DNA of 53,114 nt, the filler included, from Jimgerdemannia flammicorona (taxonomy: Eukaryota): NCBI GenBank assembly GCA_003990765.1. It is 3 parts of 3 records of this genome, joined end to end, with 100 filler letters (N's around TTAATTAATTAA, not from the genome) between each part and the next. Parts side by side here need not be neighbours in the genome. Positions count along the whole stretch, not along the records: positions 35,478 to 53,114 come from RBNJ01002466.1; 2 more parts are not named here. One strand, 5' to 3'. Shown here piece after piece: positions 35,478 through 47,841 of this stretch. How positions within the stretch are numbered: position 1 is the stretch's first letter; the number at the start of each line of letters is the position of its first letter. Position numbers and translations under genes: made by a program. The notes below the pieces were generated by a model. That model made no database searches. It saw nothing but the letters and a program-made list of their open reading frames with translations, and was not told the origin of the DNA.

Positions 35478-38411
35478 CGTGAGAACAAACTCTATGCAAA
35501 GCTCAAGAAATGTGAATTTTTCAAGGATCAAGTCGAATACCTTGGACACATTGTATCAGCCAAAGGAATTCAAGTAGACCCAAGGAAAATACAAGCCATT
35601 GAACAGTGGCCTATACCTGCAAACCTCACTGAACTTAGGTCCTTCCTTGGTCTGGCTGGATACTACTGTCGATTTGTCAAGAACTTCTCTGGCATCACAG
35701 AATCTTTGACAAACCTTCTGTGAAAGAAACCCAACTCTGACCTCTATGTTCCCTACATCTGGGATGCCTTCTGTCAACAAGCCTTTCAAGAACTCAAGAA
35801 CCACCTGACCTATGCACCTGTCCTTAGAAACATGGACCCAAACTTGAAGTTCATGGTCATTACAGATGTATCTAACTTTGCCATTGGTGTAGTCATTTCT
35901 CAAGATGATGGTCAAGGACACTGACCTATTGCCTTTGAGTCAAGAAAATTGTCCCCAGCAGAACAAAAGCTGGCTACTCACGAAAAGGAACTCCTGGCAA
36001 TCATACATATCCTTAAGACCTGGCGACACTATCTAGAAGGAGTTGAGTTCGATGTGATCACTGATCACAGATCCCTTCAGTATATCAACACTCAACCAAC
36101 CCTTTCTCGCCAACAAGCCAAGTGGAGTCAACTGCTTCAGATCTTTACCCCAAACATCATCTACAAGTCTGGCAAAACTCTAGTTGTACCAGATGCACTT
36201 TCAAGGAGACCTGACCTTGCTGTAATTTTACAAGTCACTGTGGCACCTAAATTCCTCAACCAGATCAAGAAGGTGTATGAACAAGACTCTCTGGTTCTAC
36301 AAAGAAACACCAAGGAATTCAAGGAAAAGTACACCATCAAGGACAACCTCGTGTACTATTAAGACAAAGTATATATTCCTGCCAACCCTGAACTATGATA
36401 CAAGATTCTCCATGAACACCATGACTCTCCACTAGCTGGCCACCTTGGAACTGAGAAGACCATCAAGAATATCCAACGAGACTACTACTGGCCAAACATG
36501 CTCAAGGAAATCAAGGAGTATATCCAAAGCTGCGATCTTTGCCAAAGAAACAAATCAAGCAACCAAGCACCTGCCGGTCTTCTACAACCCTTGTCAATTC
36601 CAATCAAAAAGTTCAAACAAGTCACAATGGACTTCATTGTACAACTCCCACGAACCAAAACAGGCTATGATGCTATTGTTGTGTTTGTGGACCATCTCAC
36701 CAAGATTACAATTGCCAAGCCAACCACAACCAATGCCACTACCCCAGAAATTGTAAGAATCTTCTTCAAGACTGTCTTCCACCATTATGGACTTCCCCAA
36801 GTAATTATCAGCGACTGCAATCCCAAGTTCACAAGTCACTTCTGACAAGCACTCTTCAAGACCCTTGGAACCCAAATTGCTATGTCTATGGCTTTCTATT
36901 CTCAAACTGATGGACAGACAGAGCGAATGAACAGAACACTTGAACAAATGCTCAGAAACTATGTGTCCTATGAGCAAGATGATTGGGACCACTATCTGAC
37001 TTATGCCGAGTTCACCTACAATAATGCCAACCAATCATCAACTGGCCTTTCCCCATTTCAGCTACTTCACAGTCAAAACCCCAAGACCTCTACAAGTCTA
37101 GTCCAATTCCAGCAATCCAGTTATACACAAGTCCCCACAGCCCAGAACCTTATTGACAAAATGGATTCCCTTCTTAAGATCGCTACTACAAACCTGCAAA
37201 AGGCTCAGCAACATCAAGCTAAGTATGCAGATAAGAAGCAGCGAGATGTCACATACAACATTGGTGATATGGTTCTACTCAAAGCCGACAACATCAAGGC
37301 TCAATCTCAAGTCAACCGCCAGTCAGCCAAATTCCAGCCCAAGTACCTTGGACCCTTCAAGATTACTGAGCAAGTCTCTATGTGGTCTTACCATCTCAAC
37401 TTGCCAACAACTATGCGTATACACCCAGTATTCCATGTGTCACAACTCAAGGCCTGGAACCAGTCACCCCCATACCCTGGCCGAATTCTGACACCATCAG
37501 CACCAGTCATAGTTGAAGACCACATCAAGTATGAAGTCGAGAAAATCTTAGACAAATGAGTCTGATACCGTTGCACAGAATACCTAGTCAAGTGGATGGG
37601 CTACTCTGAATATGACGCTACCTGGGAACCTGCCGCCAACCTCAAGAACTCCCAAGACCTCATCCAAGAGTTCAAGCAAAAAGGAACTCATTGACTGCCC
37701 GTGAGGTTCTCCCCTTGGATAGTAGACGACCTACTGTGCTGATCAGGCACATTACACATCGGAGCTCTCTAAGGGATACAGCATCAGAAGCAAGAGATAC
37801 AGGAGAACCCTATAAATCCTGCAACCAACGAGGTTCGAACCAGTTCTCATCTGATCAAGATGATACTTTGGCCCTTACCTTATACAAGGATGGCCAATCC
37901 TTGCCAATGAGTCAGTATATTTAATTTGAAGTTTCTTTTAGTCTTATTGTTTATTATGTGTAACTTTGAGAATTCAATGAGGACATTGATTCTTAAGGAG
38001 GGGGAGATGTAATATTTTAGCGTAGTTTATTCCTTTTCTTTGTCTTTCTCCAATATTCTATGACCTTCTGGTACTTTCCGAATGCTTAGAAATCCTTTCT
38101 TGGCACCAAGCATTAACTAGTACTTATTTAGTTAGTCACTGAATATCCTGGAAACTTGTAGAACTTTATTTGTCATCATTTGTCATCTTTGCCAAGAACT
38201 TTCCTCTTGGCATTTTCCTTTGATTTCTCAGATCCTTCTGGATCCTTCTTTCAGATCTTGTATAAATATCCCCTTTGTTCTCATGAATAAAGCCTTAGAA
38301 TATTTTTCTTCCAGAAATCCTTTGAGAACACTTGAATCCTTAGTATCTCTTTGAGCTACTTAGGACCACCAGAATTAGTTGCTTCCTCATTTAGAAACTA
38401 GAACTGTTACA
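35478..38411 (+). mobile_element. Ty3/gypsy chromovirus 2, 3' half (RT end, RNase H, integrase, chromodomain, PPT, 3' LTR)
   Basis: KKCEFF..YLGH, HEKELLAI..WRHYL..TDH..DALSR, HHCC (CDLCQ), QTDGQTERMN, GPF, HPVFHVSQLK, YEVEKILD..YLVKWMGY; PPT AAGGAGGGGGAGA 37995-38007; homologous to element 1. Confidence 0.95.
38008..38411 (+). repeat. 3' LTR of gypsy element 2
   Basis: TGTAAT...GTTACA termini, internal TATAAAT and AATAAA. Confidence 0.9.
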
Positions 38412-38443
38412 TATAAATTGCATATCACAATATATATATAATT

Positions 38444-38692
38444 ATTATATCTCTTAGATAATATATAGGAATGTCTTTTTAGCAGTGATTTTTTTTATTG
38501 AAAAATCTGATTTTTTCAAGTTTGCATTTTCTATTAAAAATATAACTCAATTTATCTAATTTTTTATTATTATTATTTTTTTGATAAAATTTTACCCAGA
38601 AGTAAAAAAAAGTATAAAAAATCAATAGTTAAAATATTTTTTAAAAAAATTTACAGCCAAATTTAGCTATATTACTATCTAAGAGATATAAT
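38444..38692. mobile_element. AT-rich MITE-like element
   Basis: Perfect 17-bp inverted repeat ATTATATCTCTTAGATA (38444-38460) / TATCTAAGAGATATAAT (38676-38692). Confidence 0.55.
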
Positions 38693-38769
38693 TGCCATAT
38701 ATGTAAAAATATATATAAGTAAAAAGAAAGCCATATAATTAATAATAACAAATAAAATAATTAATATAT

Positions 38770-38901
38770 CTTGAATTGTGACTTTCAAATTGAACCTTAA
38801 TTTGATTTGAATCAAATTAAATCAGACCTCAAATTCAAAAATCCTCAATTTAATTCAATTTGAATCAACCCTAATTCAATTTGATTTGTTTGGAAGCATT
38901 A
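38770..38901. mobile_element. Older truncated copy of the hAT-type MITE (right end only)
   Basis: Degenerate pentamer repeats ending TTTGGAAGCATTA (cf. TTTGGGAGCACTA). Confidence 0.6.
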
Positions 38902-38909
38902 TACATAAT

Positions 38910-39297
38910 TAGTGCTCCCAATGAATTGAATCGAATTGAATTTGGCCCAAACTCGATTTGATTCAATCGAATCAAGGGTCCAATTCGATTTGATTTGAAT
39001 CGAATCAAAGGTCCAATTTGATTTGAAGTTCAATTCAAACCTTAATTTTCAAAATGTAATAACTCGACGAAAACTCATTCAAATTTAACATATTTTAGCT
39101 TGTTAGATTCACTGTATTACTGTGATTCTAACAAGCTAAAGTACGTTAGATTTGGATGAGTTTATGCTGAGTTATTGCATTTTGAAAAATAGGGTTTGAA
39201 TCAGACCCTCAATTTGATTCGACTTTTGATTCGATTTGACTTGTTTAACCCTCAATTCGATTCAATTCGAATTGATTTGACTTGTTTGGGAGTACTA
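38910..39297. mobile_element. hAT-type MITE (388 bp)
   Basis: TAGTGCTCCCAA...TTGGGAGTACTA termini; perfect 8-bp TSD TACATAAT; closely similar to 52300-52723. Confidence 0.92.
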
Positions 39298-39379
39298 TAC
39301 ATAATTGCTATCATATTGGATATATACCATACTCATTATATACAATTAGATAAAACTTACCTTTATTTTTCTGTTGAAT

Positions 39380-39515
39380 ATAGAATTTCCCCCCATCCTC
39401 TATGATGGTGGGTCTGCAGCTTATGATTGGTGTAATATATATCAGGCTGTCATGTTTGCTCTTATATTTCTTACAAAAACTGAATTATCTGGTTGATCCA
39501 TCTCCCCCCTCCCTC

Positions 39516-39549
<34 letters not shown>

Positions 39550-39911
39550 GTATGTGTGGCGTCAATCTTAATATGGTAAAAAATCTTGAGGGACCTCTAA
39601 TAGAGGCAGGTATTGAGGACATTATATATGAGGTTGTTGCACCCTTTCCCTTGAGGTAGGGACTGAGTGAGGAATTCATGCTGACATTAGTCTTTGAATG
39701 AGGTAATAAAGAACTTTTTTTTTTTTTTTTATGACAGAACCTAATAGCCGGAGTAATTGGAACTCAGAAACGGCTAATGATGGACATTGGTATTTCTGAG
39801 GAAGAGTATGATGATGTCATATATGGAATTAAAGAGGAACTAAAAATCTTCAAAGCATACTTAGATATTGAATTTTATCATGGGCAGAAATCAAAAAGAT
39901 CCGTCGGTTGA
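39380..39911 (+). pseudogene. C-terminal remnant of a class I SAM-dependent methyltransferase
   Basis: GVNLNMVKNLEGPLIEAGIEDIIYEVVAPFPL and LMMDIGISEEEYDDVIYGIKEELKIFKAYLDIEFYHGQK* resemble fungal LaeA/TAM-type C-termini; no SAM-binding N-terminus visible. Confidence 0.5.
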
Positions 39912-40525
39912 TCCGGCAATTGAATATTAATATACTGATTGAGAAAGTAATAGCAATTAACAATGATATATCATATTGCCAACCCATGTACTCTTATCAC
40001 TAGTTAGCTTTTTAAATAATGTATAAATATTCTTCAATAGACTTCAGTCAATTCTTGAGTGAAATACTAAAGTACTAAGAATTACTCAGGGACCAATCAA
40101 TCCCTTACAAAAAAACTCGATACGTCCCAAGACAGTTGGCAGTGGCCGATACTCTCTATCGATGTCCAACTCAAGCAATCCGCCGAATGTCCCCAACACC
40201 TGTCAACATTGCTGGCCTGAATCCACGCTATTCCCTCTCGTCCCGACCCGCGGTTGGAAGCCGAAAGGAGTGCGCCGGCCCAATCTCGCGATATGTATAC
40301 TTGGCCCGAGTCCAAATATTGCTCAATGGGGCCAGGAGCGCAGAAAATTTTACAGTCCCTTCCCCACCCAAAATCGGAATACTACGGCAATGCCGATGAC
40401 ACTGATTAGATACGCCTACGGTAAGTCGACTACTACGGCGAGACTGTTATCCGATGTCTCAAAAATCGTCAATCCACGTACTGAGCTCATCCATCAGATA
40501 GTGGCTTCGCGGCGGGGGGCCCAAG

Positions 40526-40532
40526 TATAAAA
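40526..40532 (+). promoter_or_regulatory. TATA box upstream of the WWE-like gene
   Basis: TATAAAA 86 bp upstream of ATG 40612. Confidence 0.55.
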
Positions 40533-40611
40533 AGACTCAAGCAGTTCAGACATTCCTCTTACGCAAGCAACCCTCAGCTCAATCGCTCATTGTCGGCGTG
40601 AACACTCAACA

Positions 40612-40926
40612 ATGTCCACCTTAACTCCATCCGCGACATTAGCGGGCCCCGTCTCCAAAGCATCGCCCAATCAGACCGCCTCGTCTTTCGTGTGGTTCTA
40701 CCTGCTCTCGAACCGCTGGCTGGCCTTCGAAACCGACAAACAGTCCGTCATAGAGTCCGCATACGCAACAAACACTCATATCGAAATCGCAGACCCTCGG
40801 CTGCCGGGAGGCCCCGTTCGCGTTTACCCAAAGAAGGGATACATGGTCTACCGCGGGCTTAGGATGGAAATTGAGCCGAGGAGCAAGGTCGCGCTGGAGA
40901 GCAGGATGTGGGCGTCCAAACTGTGA
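40612..40926 (+). CDS. Small intronless WWE-like domain protein (104 aa)
   Basis: FVWFYLLSNRWLAFETDKQSVIESAY fits the W..W..IE.AY WWE signature; C-ending codon bias, ACAATG start context, TATA box. Confidence 0.65.
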   Translation: MSTLTPSATLAGPVSKASPNQTASSFVWFYLLSNRWLAFETDKQSVIESAYATNTHIEIADPRLPGGPVRVYPKKGYMVYRGLRMEIEPRSKVALESRMWASKL

Positions 40927-42960
40927 TGACAAAAAAGAAAAGAAAGAAATTTAGGGAGAAACAAGAGCTCCTTGTAATTTTCGCATAAAGTGTTTAAAAA
41001 TTTGGTCAAGATTCTCACATAAATGTAATAATCAAACGGGGGTTTCATAATACATATGTACACGTTCACGACGACGATCATGGTTGTAAATCCTGGTATG
41101 AACGCGGTAGCGCCCAGCATAATAGTGAAGAATTCGCAGAGTAATTAAAAAAAAAAAAAAAAAAAAACGCGGTAGCCAGAAGGCTTCGGGATGATAGATG
41201 GTCGCCAATTCAGTGGCAATATTTCTAATGGCGACGAACTATCAGCTGCGTAAGGCTTCCCGAAAACGCATCACTGGGATCATTAAGAAACACTTACACT
41301 CCCGTGTTCATTGTTGAGAAATCATCAGTGATCGTCAAGCTGAGACGGTTAAACGACCTTCAGATCCTGCTTCTCGCTCCTCGCGAACTTGAAACGATCG
41401 CGCCGACCGTTTTTATTTCGTCCTCAATCTGCGCCTTGCTCCCGCTAAATGTGAAGAGTGTGGTCTCACACCCAAGCGCGCATATAAACACGGACCGGTG
41501 GCTGGGCATCCCTTTCCACTGCCCAAACAAACCAGTGGCCAGGCACGGATCGTAAGGCCCCTTTTCCTTTTCTTTCTCTTCACATATTGCCCAAACAAAG
41601 AGGATACCAAAGTAGTAAAAGGCCCACCCTGCTTACCACCGCTGGTACCGTTTCGATCTTACTTACAGCGTTGACACCTTCTCGGAGACGACCTTGCTGG
41701 AATTCATGTTGCTGTTGAGATTGATGGCATACACATCAACTCGAGAGGGAGGTATTTCTTCTTACCGGCACCTATACGGATATTGTAAAATTGACGAACA
41801 TCATAGTACAAACAAACATTACCGGCCTACCGAGCTGTAAACTGATCCCCCCCCTTTAGCTTATAAGAAACTCATTACATCATTTGCTGACACCGTGCTC
41901 GCCCGTGCAGCTCTTCCATCTCTCGACAAGACGGCCATGCCTCCTCCGCCTCCACAGGGGTCTTCGGGTCAAAGAGAATCCGTCGCTCGCATGGCCCATT
42001 ATCGATTCTCAAATTATTCCAGTTTAATATTTACGCGATTCCATCAAACTGCACGCAAAGCCAATATTCTCAAGGCTTACCTTTCGAGGGCTCCACATGT
42101 TCAATTCTTCATGCTGATGGCGTTCAAATCAGAGGACTGGTAGTTTGCAATTCAAGAGCTCGTCCTAATCCTAAGTCTGCAGCATCTTATAACTCTTTCT
42201 TCAATATCAGTAAATATTCTACATATATATATATATATATATTTTAATAATACTTGTTTAATTTAGATATTTAAAGAGATAAAGTAATTATTTGGATGAA
42301 ATATATTAAAATATTAGTAAACTTTATTTAACTTATAGTAGCTTAATAAAAATTAAACCCTTATTAAGTAGTTTTATATAGGGTTTTTTATTTTATTTTA
42401 TTTTTATTTTTATAAATAGTTGATTTAAAATTTTATAGGTTAAAAATAAAATAGATAATATAAAAATTATATCTAGAGATATAAATATAATTATAATTAG
42501 TTACTAAGATAGATCTAAATACTTTTTATAGTTTTTAGAAGATAGTATATATTATTTTCTATTGTCAACATTTTTATGCATTCTGCTGAATAAATCTTTT
42601 GTACGAAAAATCAAAGTACTCCAATTTAGCCTCAGTTCTAATAAAAAATATAGAGATATGAAATATAGAATTCACAGATGTACTTTTTTATTTTATAAAC
42701 GGGCAATTTTTTCCCCTCCCCCTTTATATATATATATTTGCGGATAGCACAAAGAACCAGTGAAAGCAGATGGGTTTGGGATGTATTATTAGTATTAGGA
42801 AAAAAGGAATTTATAGTGATTTATATTTATGAATTCTAACCCCGATTTCTAATTTTGTAGTGCGTAAAGAGAGTGCGACAATCGATCACGTGCCTCCCAG
42901 CCTAAGATCTATGTAAACTGTATCGGGGTCATTTCTTTCACCAATCCTTCTTCCAGCAAC

Positions 42961-44038
42961 ATGTCTGCCACTACCAAATCCGAAACCGAAAAGATGCTCT
43001 CCGGGGAGCTCTACGATCCCAGCGATGTCGAACTTGTCGCGGCCCGTGTCTTTGCGCGGGAGTTGACGACGCCTTACAATAGTAGCTCACATAACGACCA
43101 AGCGAAGAGGACCGACATCTTGCAGAAGCTACTGGGATCGTGCGGAGAGGGAGTGTACATTGAGCCGCCGTTCCTTTGTGACTTTGTGAGTATATAAAGA
43201 TGGGAAATAGTTTGGATGATGCGTGAACTGGCAGGCGGGCCAATACCATCAGTTTGAAGATCAGATCGCCCTTCTGCATGTTCTCTGTGTGATGTGGCTT
43301 CCATAACGAACACTATCATATCTAAATGTCCATCCCGTGTCAATCTTGAATTTCAGGGCAAGAATATTCACCTGGGTAAAGGCGTCTACATGAATTTTAA
43401 CTGTGTCCTTCTGGACGCCAGTCGGATAGAGATTGGCGACAGAACGCTGATGGCACCCAACGTGCAGCTATACGCAGCCACGCACCCAGTAGACCCCGTG
43501 GTGAGGAGCACGGGACTGGAACTTGCGCGCCCGATCAAGGTACAGACGAGATCTGGGGGAAAGAGGGACGATTCTATTCTGAGCAAGTGTTTTGACCTGT
43601 GTCCAATCTTCATATATTTACTCGCAGATTGGCAAGGATTGTTGGATAGGTGGAAGTGCCATCGTGTGTCCTGGGGTGACGATCGGGGATGGGGTGCGTT
43701 CTTTCTTTTCTTTTGTCAATGCATTATGATCCGTTCGTTTTACTAGCAAGCCGCAGTAATGTTCACAACTACCATCTACTCAACGGCTGGTCTGCCTTGG
43801 AAATCCCAAATTACTTGACCACAATTCATATACTAGGTCACGGTCGGTGCTGGTTCAGTGGTGGGTTGTAGTTTTCATTCCGAACAATTGCCTTCCGTGC
43901 ATAATGTTTATTGTAAGTTTTCCCCTCACGATGTAGGTGACTAAGGATGTCCCGTCATATGTCGTGGTAGCGGGAAACCCGGCGCGGATTATCAAACACC
44001 TCGAGAAACCTGGAGAGGAATCTGTAACATTGAAATAA
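42961..44038 (+). CDS. Maltose/galactoside O-acetyltransferase (Mac + hexapeptide repeat), 199 aa
   Basis: Exons 42961-43185, 43357-43539, 43628-43693, 43837-43860, 43937-44038 with GT-AG introns; EKMLSGELY, IEPPFLCDFGKNI, ATHP, IGKDCWIGG, VTKDVP..AGNPARII. Confidence 0.93.
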
Positions 44039-45365
44039 GACATTGTATATTCGAGATACCACTGCTTGAACAAATATATGCCAGAGACGCTGAACAACTG
44101 TCTTGGTTTTATTTTATTTTATTTTTTTGTAGGGGGGTGGTGGGGGGTTCATTCTTCTCACATCAATCGGAATACCAGAAAACGGTAAGTGAAAATGCTG
44201 AATACTGTATTTATGTGTACTTGATAACGCCCCGAGAACATAAGTTGCATCACCAAATTCACGACCAGGCACCGCCTAAACTGGCACATCTATCCCCCAA
44301 ACACTCAACACCCAAAACATCAAAAAAAGAACTACTCAACAATAAAAAAAAACCTGAGAACGACTGCTCCGCAGTGAAATACGTTGCCCGCGGCCATTGT
44401 CAGAATTCGTCACGTCAATCGAACTACTGTCGGATTAGAGGTCATATTGCAACGTAGTGTGGGAATATTCTTTGGGAACCGTCGTCGTCACTCCCAGGGA
44501 ACACCAACGCCACTCGTCATACGTTAAACCGAACGACGAACGCGCTATGATCGGAGGACTCTGCTTCGAGTTCAGAACAACGGCTCCCTGCAGAAAAATG
44601 GAGATGCGGAAAAAGCAGCAAGGATGAGAGACAACCGCGAGCACTTCCTTTCGCTGGTATTACCCAGATAAGGTAGTGAAGGTATCATCTCAGCACCAAG
44701 CTGTGACCCCTGAGAGGGCCAACGTCGCAGAGGCAAGGAGTAATGACTAGTGCAATATCGTTGACCGAGACTTGAAACGACAGAATTAGATGAAGGAACC
44801 CGGACCGATGGAACCGCGCCAGATGGAACCGCGCCCGATGCCGCGGCGTTGCGCATGCCTGTCCCGCTTTTTGATCGCGACCTAGGAACCGCAGGACCGC
44901 CATGCCGGACGAAAAGCAAGGTTTCGCAAGGCGGTGGATTCCAAGGTGCTGCACTAGAATTGATGTGCGCGGATCGGGGTACTGTAGCGGTTGCAACGCC
45001 GGCTCGGGACTTATCGGTGGCAACTTCCCTACGCAGGTATTAACCTGATCAGGTGATGAGGGTATAATCTCAGCTCACCGCAGTCTTAGAAGCTTGGTGA
45101 AGCTTCAAGAACAAGCGAGTGAGCACCCCTAGTGCCAACTTGTCACGTCAATAAACACCGCTATGATGCGGTGTATTTATTTGATAAGTACTTGTAAAAA
45201 AAAACAAGCAAATGGAGTGAGTTTGCCTCAAGCAACACCTGGTCGGTCGGTGATGGGCTTATGCGAAGCGAAGACGATAGTTAAAGATAGTAATGGGTAT
45301 AAATCTGACAAAACATCGGACAAATATACTTAGAATTCGCCGACGTGAATCGGTTTCTCCAAATA

Positions 45366-47289
45366 TTACAGGTCGACTTCCTCCTCGTCCTTCTTAATTT
45401 TCTTCTGGTCAAACGCCTTATGGATATCGGCTTCGGTTTGTTGCCTCTCATCTTCGGTATGGAATTCGTCACCCGCATAGAGGGTCGCATCGATTTCGGG
45501 CTTTGGTGGGAACTCGTACTCCTGTCCACGAACCTTGCAGTACAGGAAGATGCAAGCCTGGCGGGATCCGAACGACAGAAAAGTAGCAATGGCGGCACCA
45601 AACGGCGCGGCAATGAAGGCACCAAGGACGGATTCGTCTTCGACGTAGAGGCCGCCGGGAAGAAGGATAAGGTTGATACCTTTCTGAGCATCATTATAGT
45701 ACCCTGAGCCGAAGGCGAAGACGGAAAAGAGGCCAAAGATGGCGCCAATGAGGGCATCGTACGCATTCAAGAAGTAGAATCCGTCGTACAGGCCGAGCAT
45801 GGCAGGTGTGATGGCTACGCAGGCCAGAAGATCGCCGATGAGGAAGACCTGGAAGATGTCGAGCTGGCGAGCGGCCATGTAAATGATCGGGGCGTTGATG
45901 ACAACACCAATGACACGGATAAAGTGGAGCGGAAGCTGGTTGTTAAAGACGTCGTTGGAAAGGGTGGAGACGAGGGCGCTTTGCAGCGTGTCAATAGAGG
46001 AGCACACCAGGGCAGCTGTCAGGACGACGACAACGCCAACAAGCCAGTCTGGCAAAATGGCGATGATGGAGAAGAAGGAGAGACTGCCGGGCACCGGAGC
46101 GGCGGGGTCCGGGCCGGGCCAAATACCCGCCCAGGCGGCGATGATACCGGTGAAGCCAATGAAGAAGAGGACAGGGAAGAGCATGGTGGAGCCGATAATG
46201 GCGGATTGGCGGAGATCCTTGTCGGTCTTGGAGGCGAAAGCACGTTGCCAGAAGCCCTGAATTTAATGTGAAGGAGTTAGTTTCGTAAGAAACATTCAGC
46301 GATAGTCATCTGTAATGCATGCAGAGAAAACAAGAGATAACTACCTGATGAAAGAAGTTGGAGAAAGTCACGGCCACTGGTAGGATATACAATTGCTCCC
46401 AGCCCTTCTTGCTGCCCTGCAGAATCCAAGGCTGCGCACTAATTTGATCAGGCCCGATACGAATATTGGTGACGATGGCAATAGCCGAGATGATGACGAT
46501 GAAAAGGAGACACCATCCTTGCACGGTATCGGTAAGCAAGGACGCACGGAAACCACCGTAGGCTGATATTGGCAAAACAAAGTGAGATTGTTGACATTAA
46601 TGATAGTGATCTAGGACCAAGTCGTACTTAAGAAGCGTGAGATGGCATTAGGACGAACGATAAAATGCGATACATACCGGTATAAATGGAGGTGAGGAGA
46701 GACACAACAATAATGGGTGCAAGTGGATCCAAGCCCGTAAGTAAATTGAGGGTCTGGCCAAGGGCAGACAGCTCGCTGACCATGTAGCAGGCCATGTAGA
46801 TGACGGACATGATGGAGATGAAGGCGTGGAGAACGCGATTAAAACGTTTCAACATGTAAGCGGTCAACGTGAAGCCCTTAGGAGACTTGCGACGGATCAT
46901 GGGGCCAAGCCAAGCGAAGATGGGGATGGGAACGACACAGGCAAAGGTGTAGACGATGACGCCTTGGAGACCTGTAATCGTAGCGATCTCGGGAAGGGAG
47001 AAGAGAATCCAAACGCCCATGTCTATGAGGTTGGAAAAGGGACATGATTAATATCCGATACATCTACGCGGATCAAAGGGTAATGGCCCATAATAAACAA
47101 TGACAACTTACTGGCAGCGAACCAATTTGCACCCAGTGGCCAAGCAGTCTGCGACCGAGTGGCGCCCAACCAATCTTGTTTATCTTGACGCTTGCCTCGC
47201 GCCCTTACACCGGCGTAGATGCCGACGCAAAAGAATATAGCGAAGGTGACGTAAATAAGCGTGTTGGAAACAGCGGGAGTGAGCGCCAT
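45366..47289 (-). CDS. Sodium:solute symporter (SSS family, DUR3/DUR31-like), about 543 aa
   Basis: Exons 47289-47112, 47022-46678, 46562-46345, 46256-45366; motifs YTAYGGFRASLLTDTVQ, HQGFWQRAFASK, SSIDTLQSA; many TM helices. Confidence 0.9.
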
Positions 47290-47841
47290 GGTAATTAGCA
47301 GCTGTAAAGAAAGGGTGGTTTGACGAGGGTTAAAATTCAGCGAGGTCGGCATCGTTTTTATAGTCGACGCTACCAAAGGAAACAAAAAAAAAAAAAAAAA
47401 GCCATCTCTCCGGTTACGCCCACCACTGTGATTGGTGATCAAATGACGCTAAGGTTTATCGCGGATCAAGGTTTCCCCAAATTGCGTTCTGGGAGAATTC
47501 AAGGGATCGAGGAGGATACCCGTGACTTTTGGCCGAGCAAGAAGTGGCAAACGTTCGCTTGATTGGCAGTTGTTATCGTTATAATGAGCCCGACGGTTTG
47601 TCAAGGACTGTCGCGCTCACCGCAAAGATAGAGATTCGGAGCCATTGATCGTTATCAAACATGTCATATCTTTTATTGAAAAGTTTTCGTTTCAATACGG
47701 ATATAAAAGCAGGGGTATCATCGATTGAAATAAATAAAGCAATGGTAAGAGCTAGAGGCATGAATATATTGTTATGACTCCATCCTCTCCATCTTGCTTC
47801 CTATCAACGTGTCTATGTTGGCGCCTTTGCTTCAAGATTAG

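Noticed and set aside
18454..38411. Treating gypsy elements 1 and 2 as one element
   Set aside because: Opposite orientation, both contain RNase H/IN/chromo, LTR lengths differ (465 vs 404 bp), and a gap separates them.
38910..39297. Regular GAATC/GATTC repeats suggesting a CRISPR or satellite array
   Set aside because: No repeat-spacer structure; these are subterminal repeats of a TIR/TSD-bounded MITE in a eukaryotic genome.
42961..44038. Recent bacterial horizontal transfer of a maa-like gene
   Set aside because: Four spliceosomal introns and host-like codon use; the family is widespread in fungi.
44435..45060. GC-rich stretch with short ORFs and a GATGGAACCGCGCC tandem duplication; possible gene remnant
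   Set aside because: No convincing domain motif or splice-consistent model.
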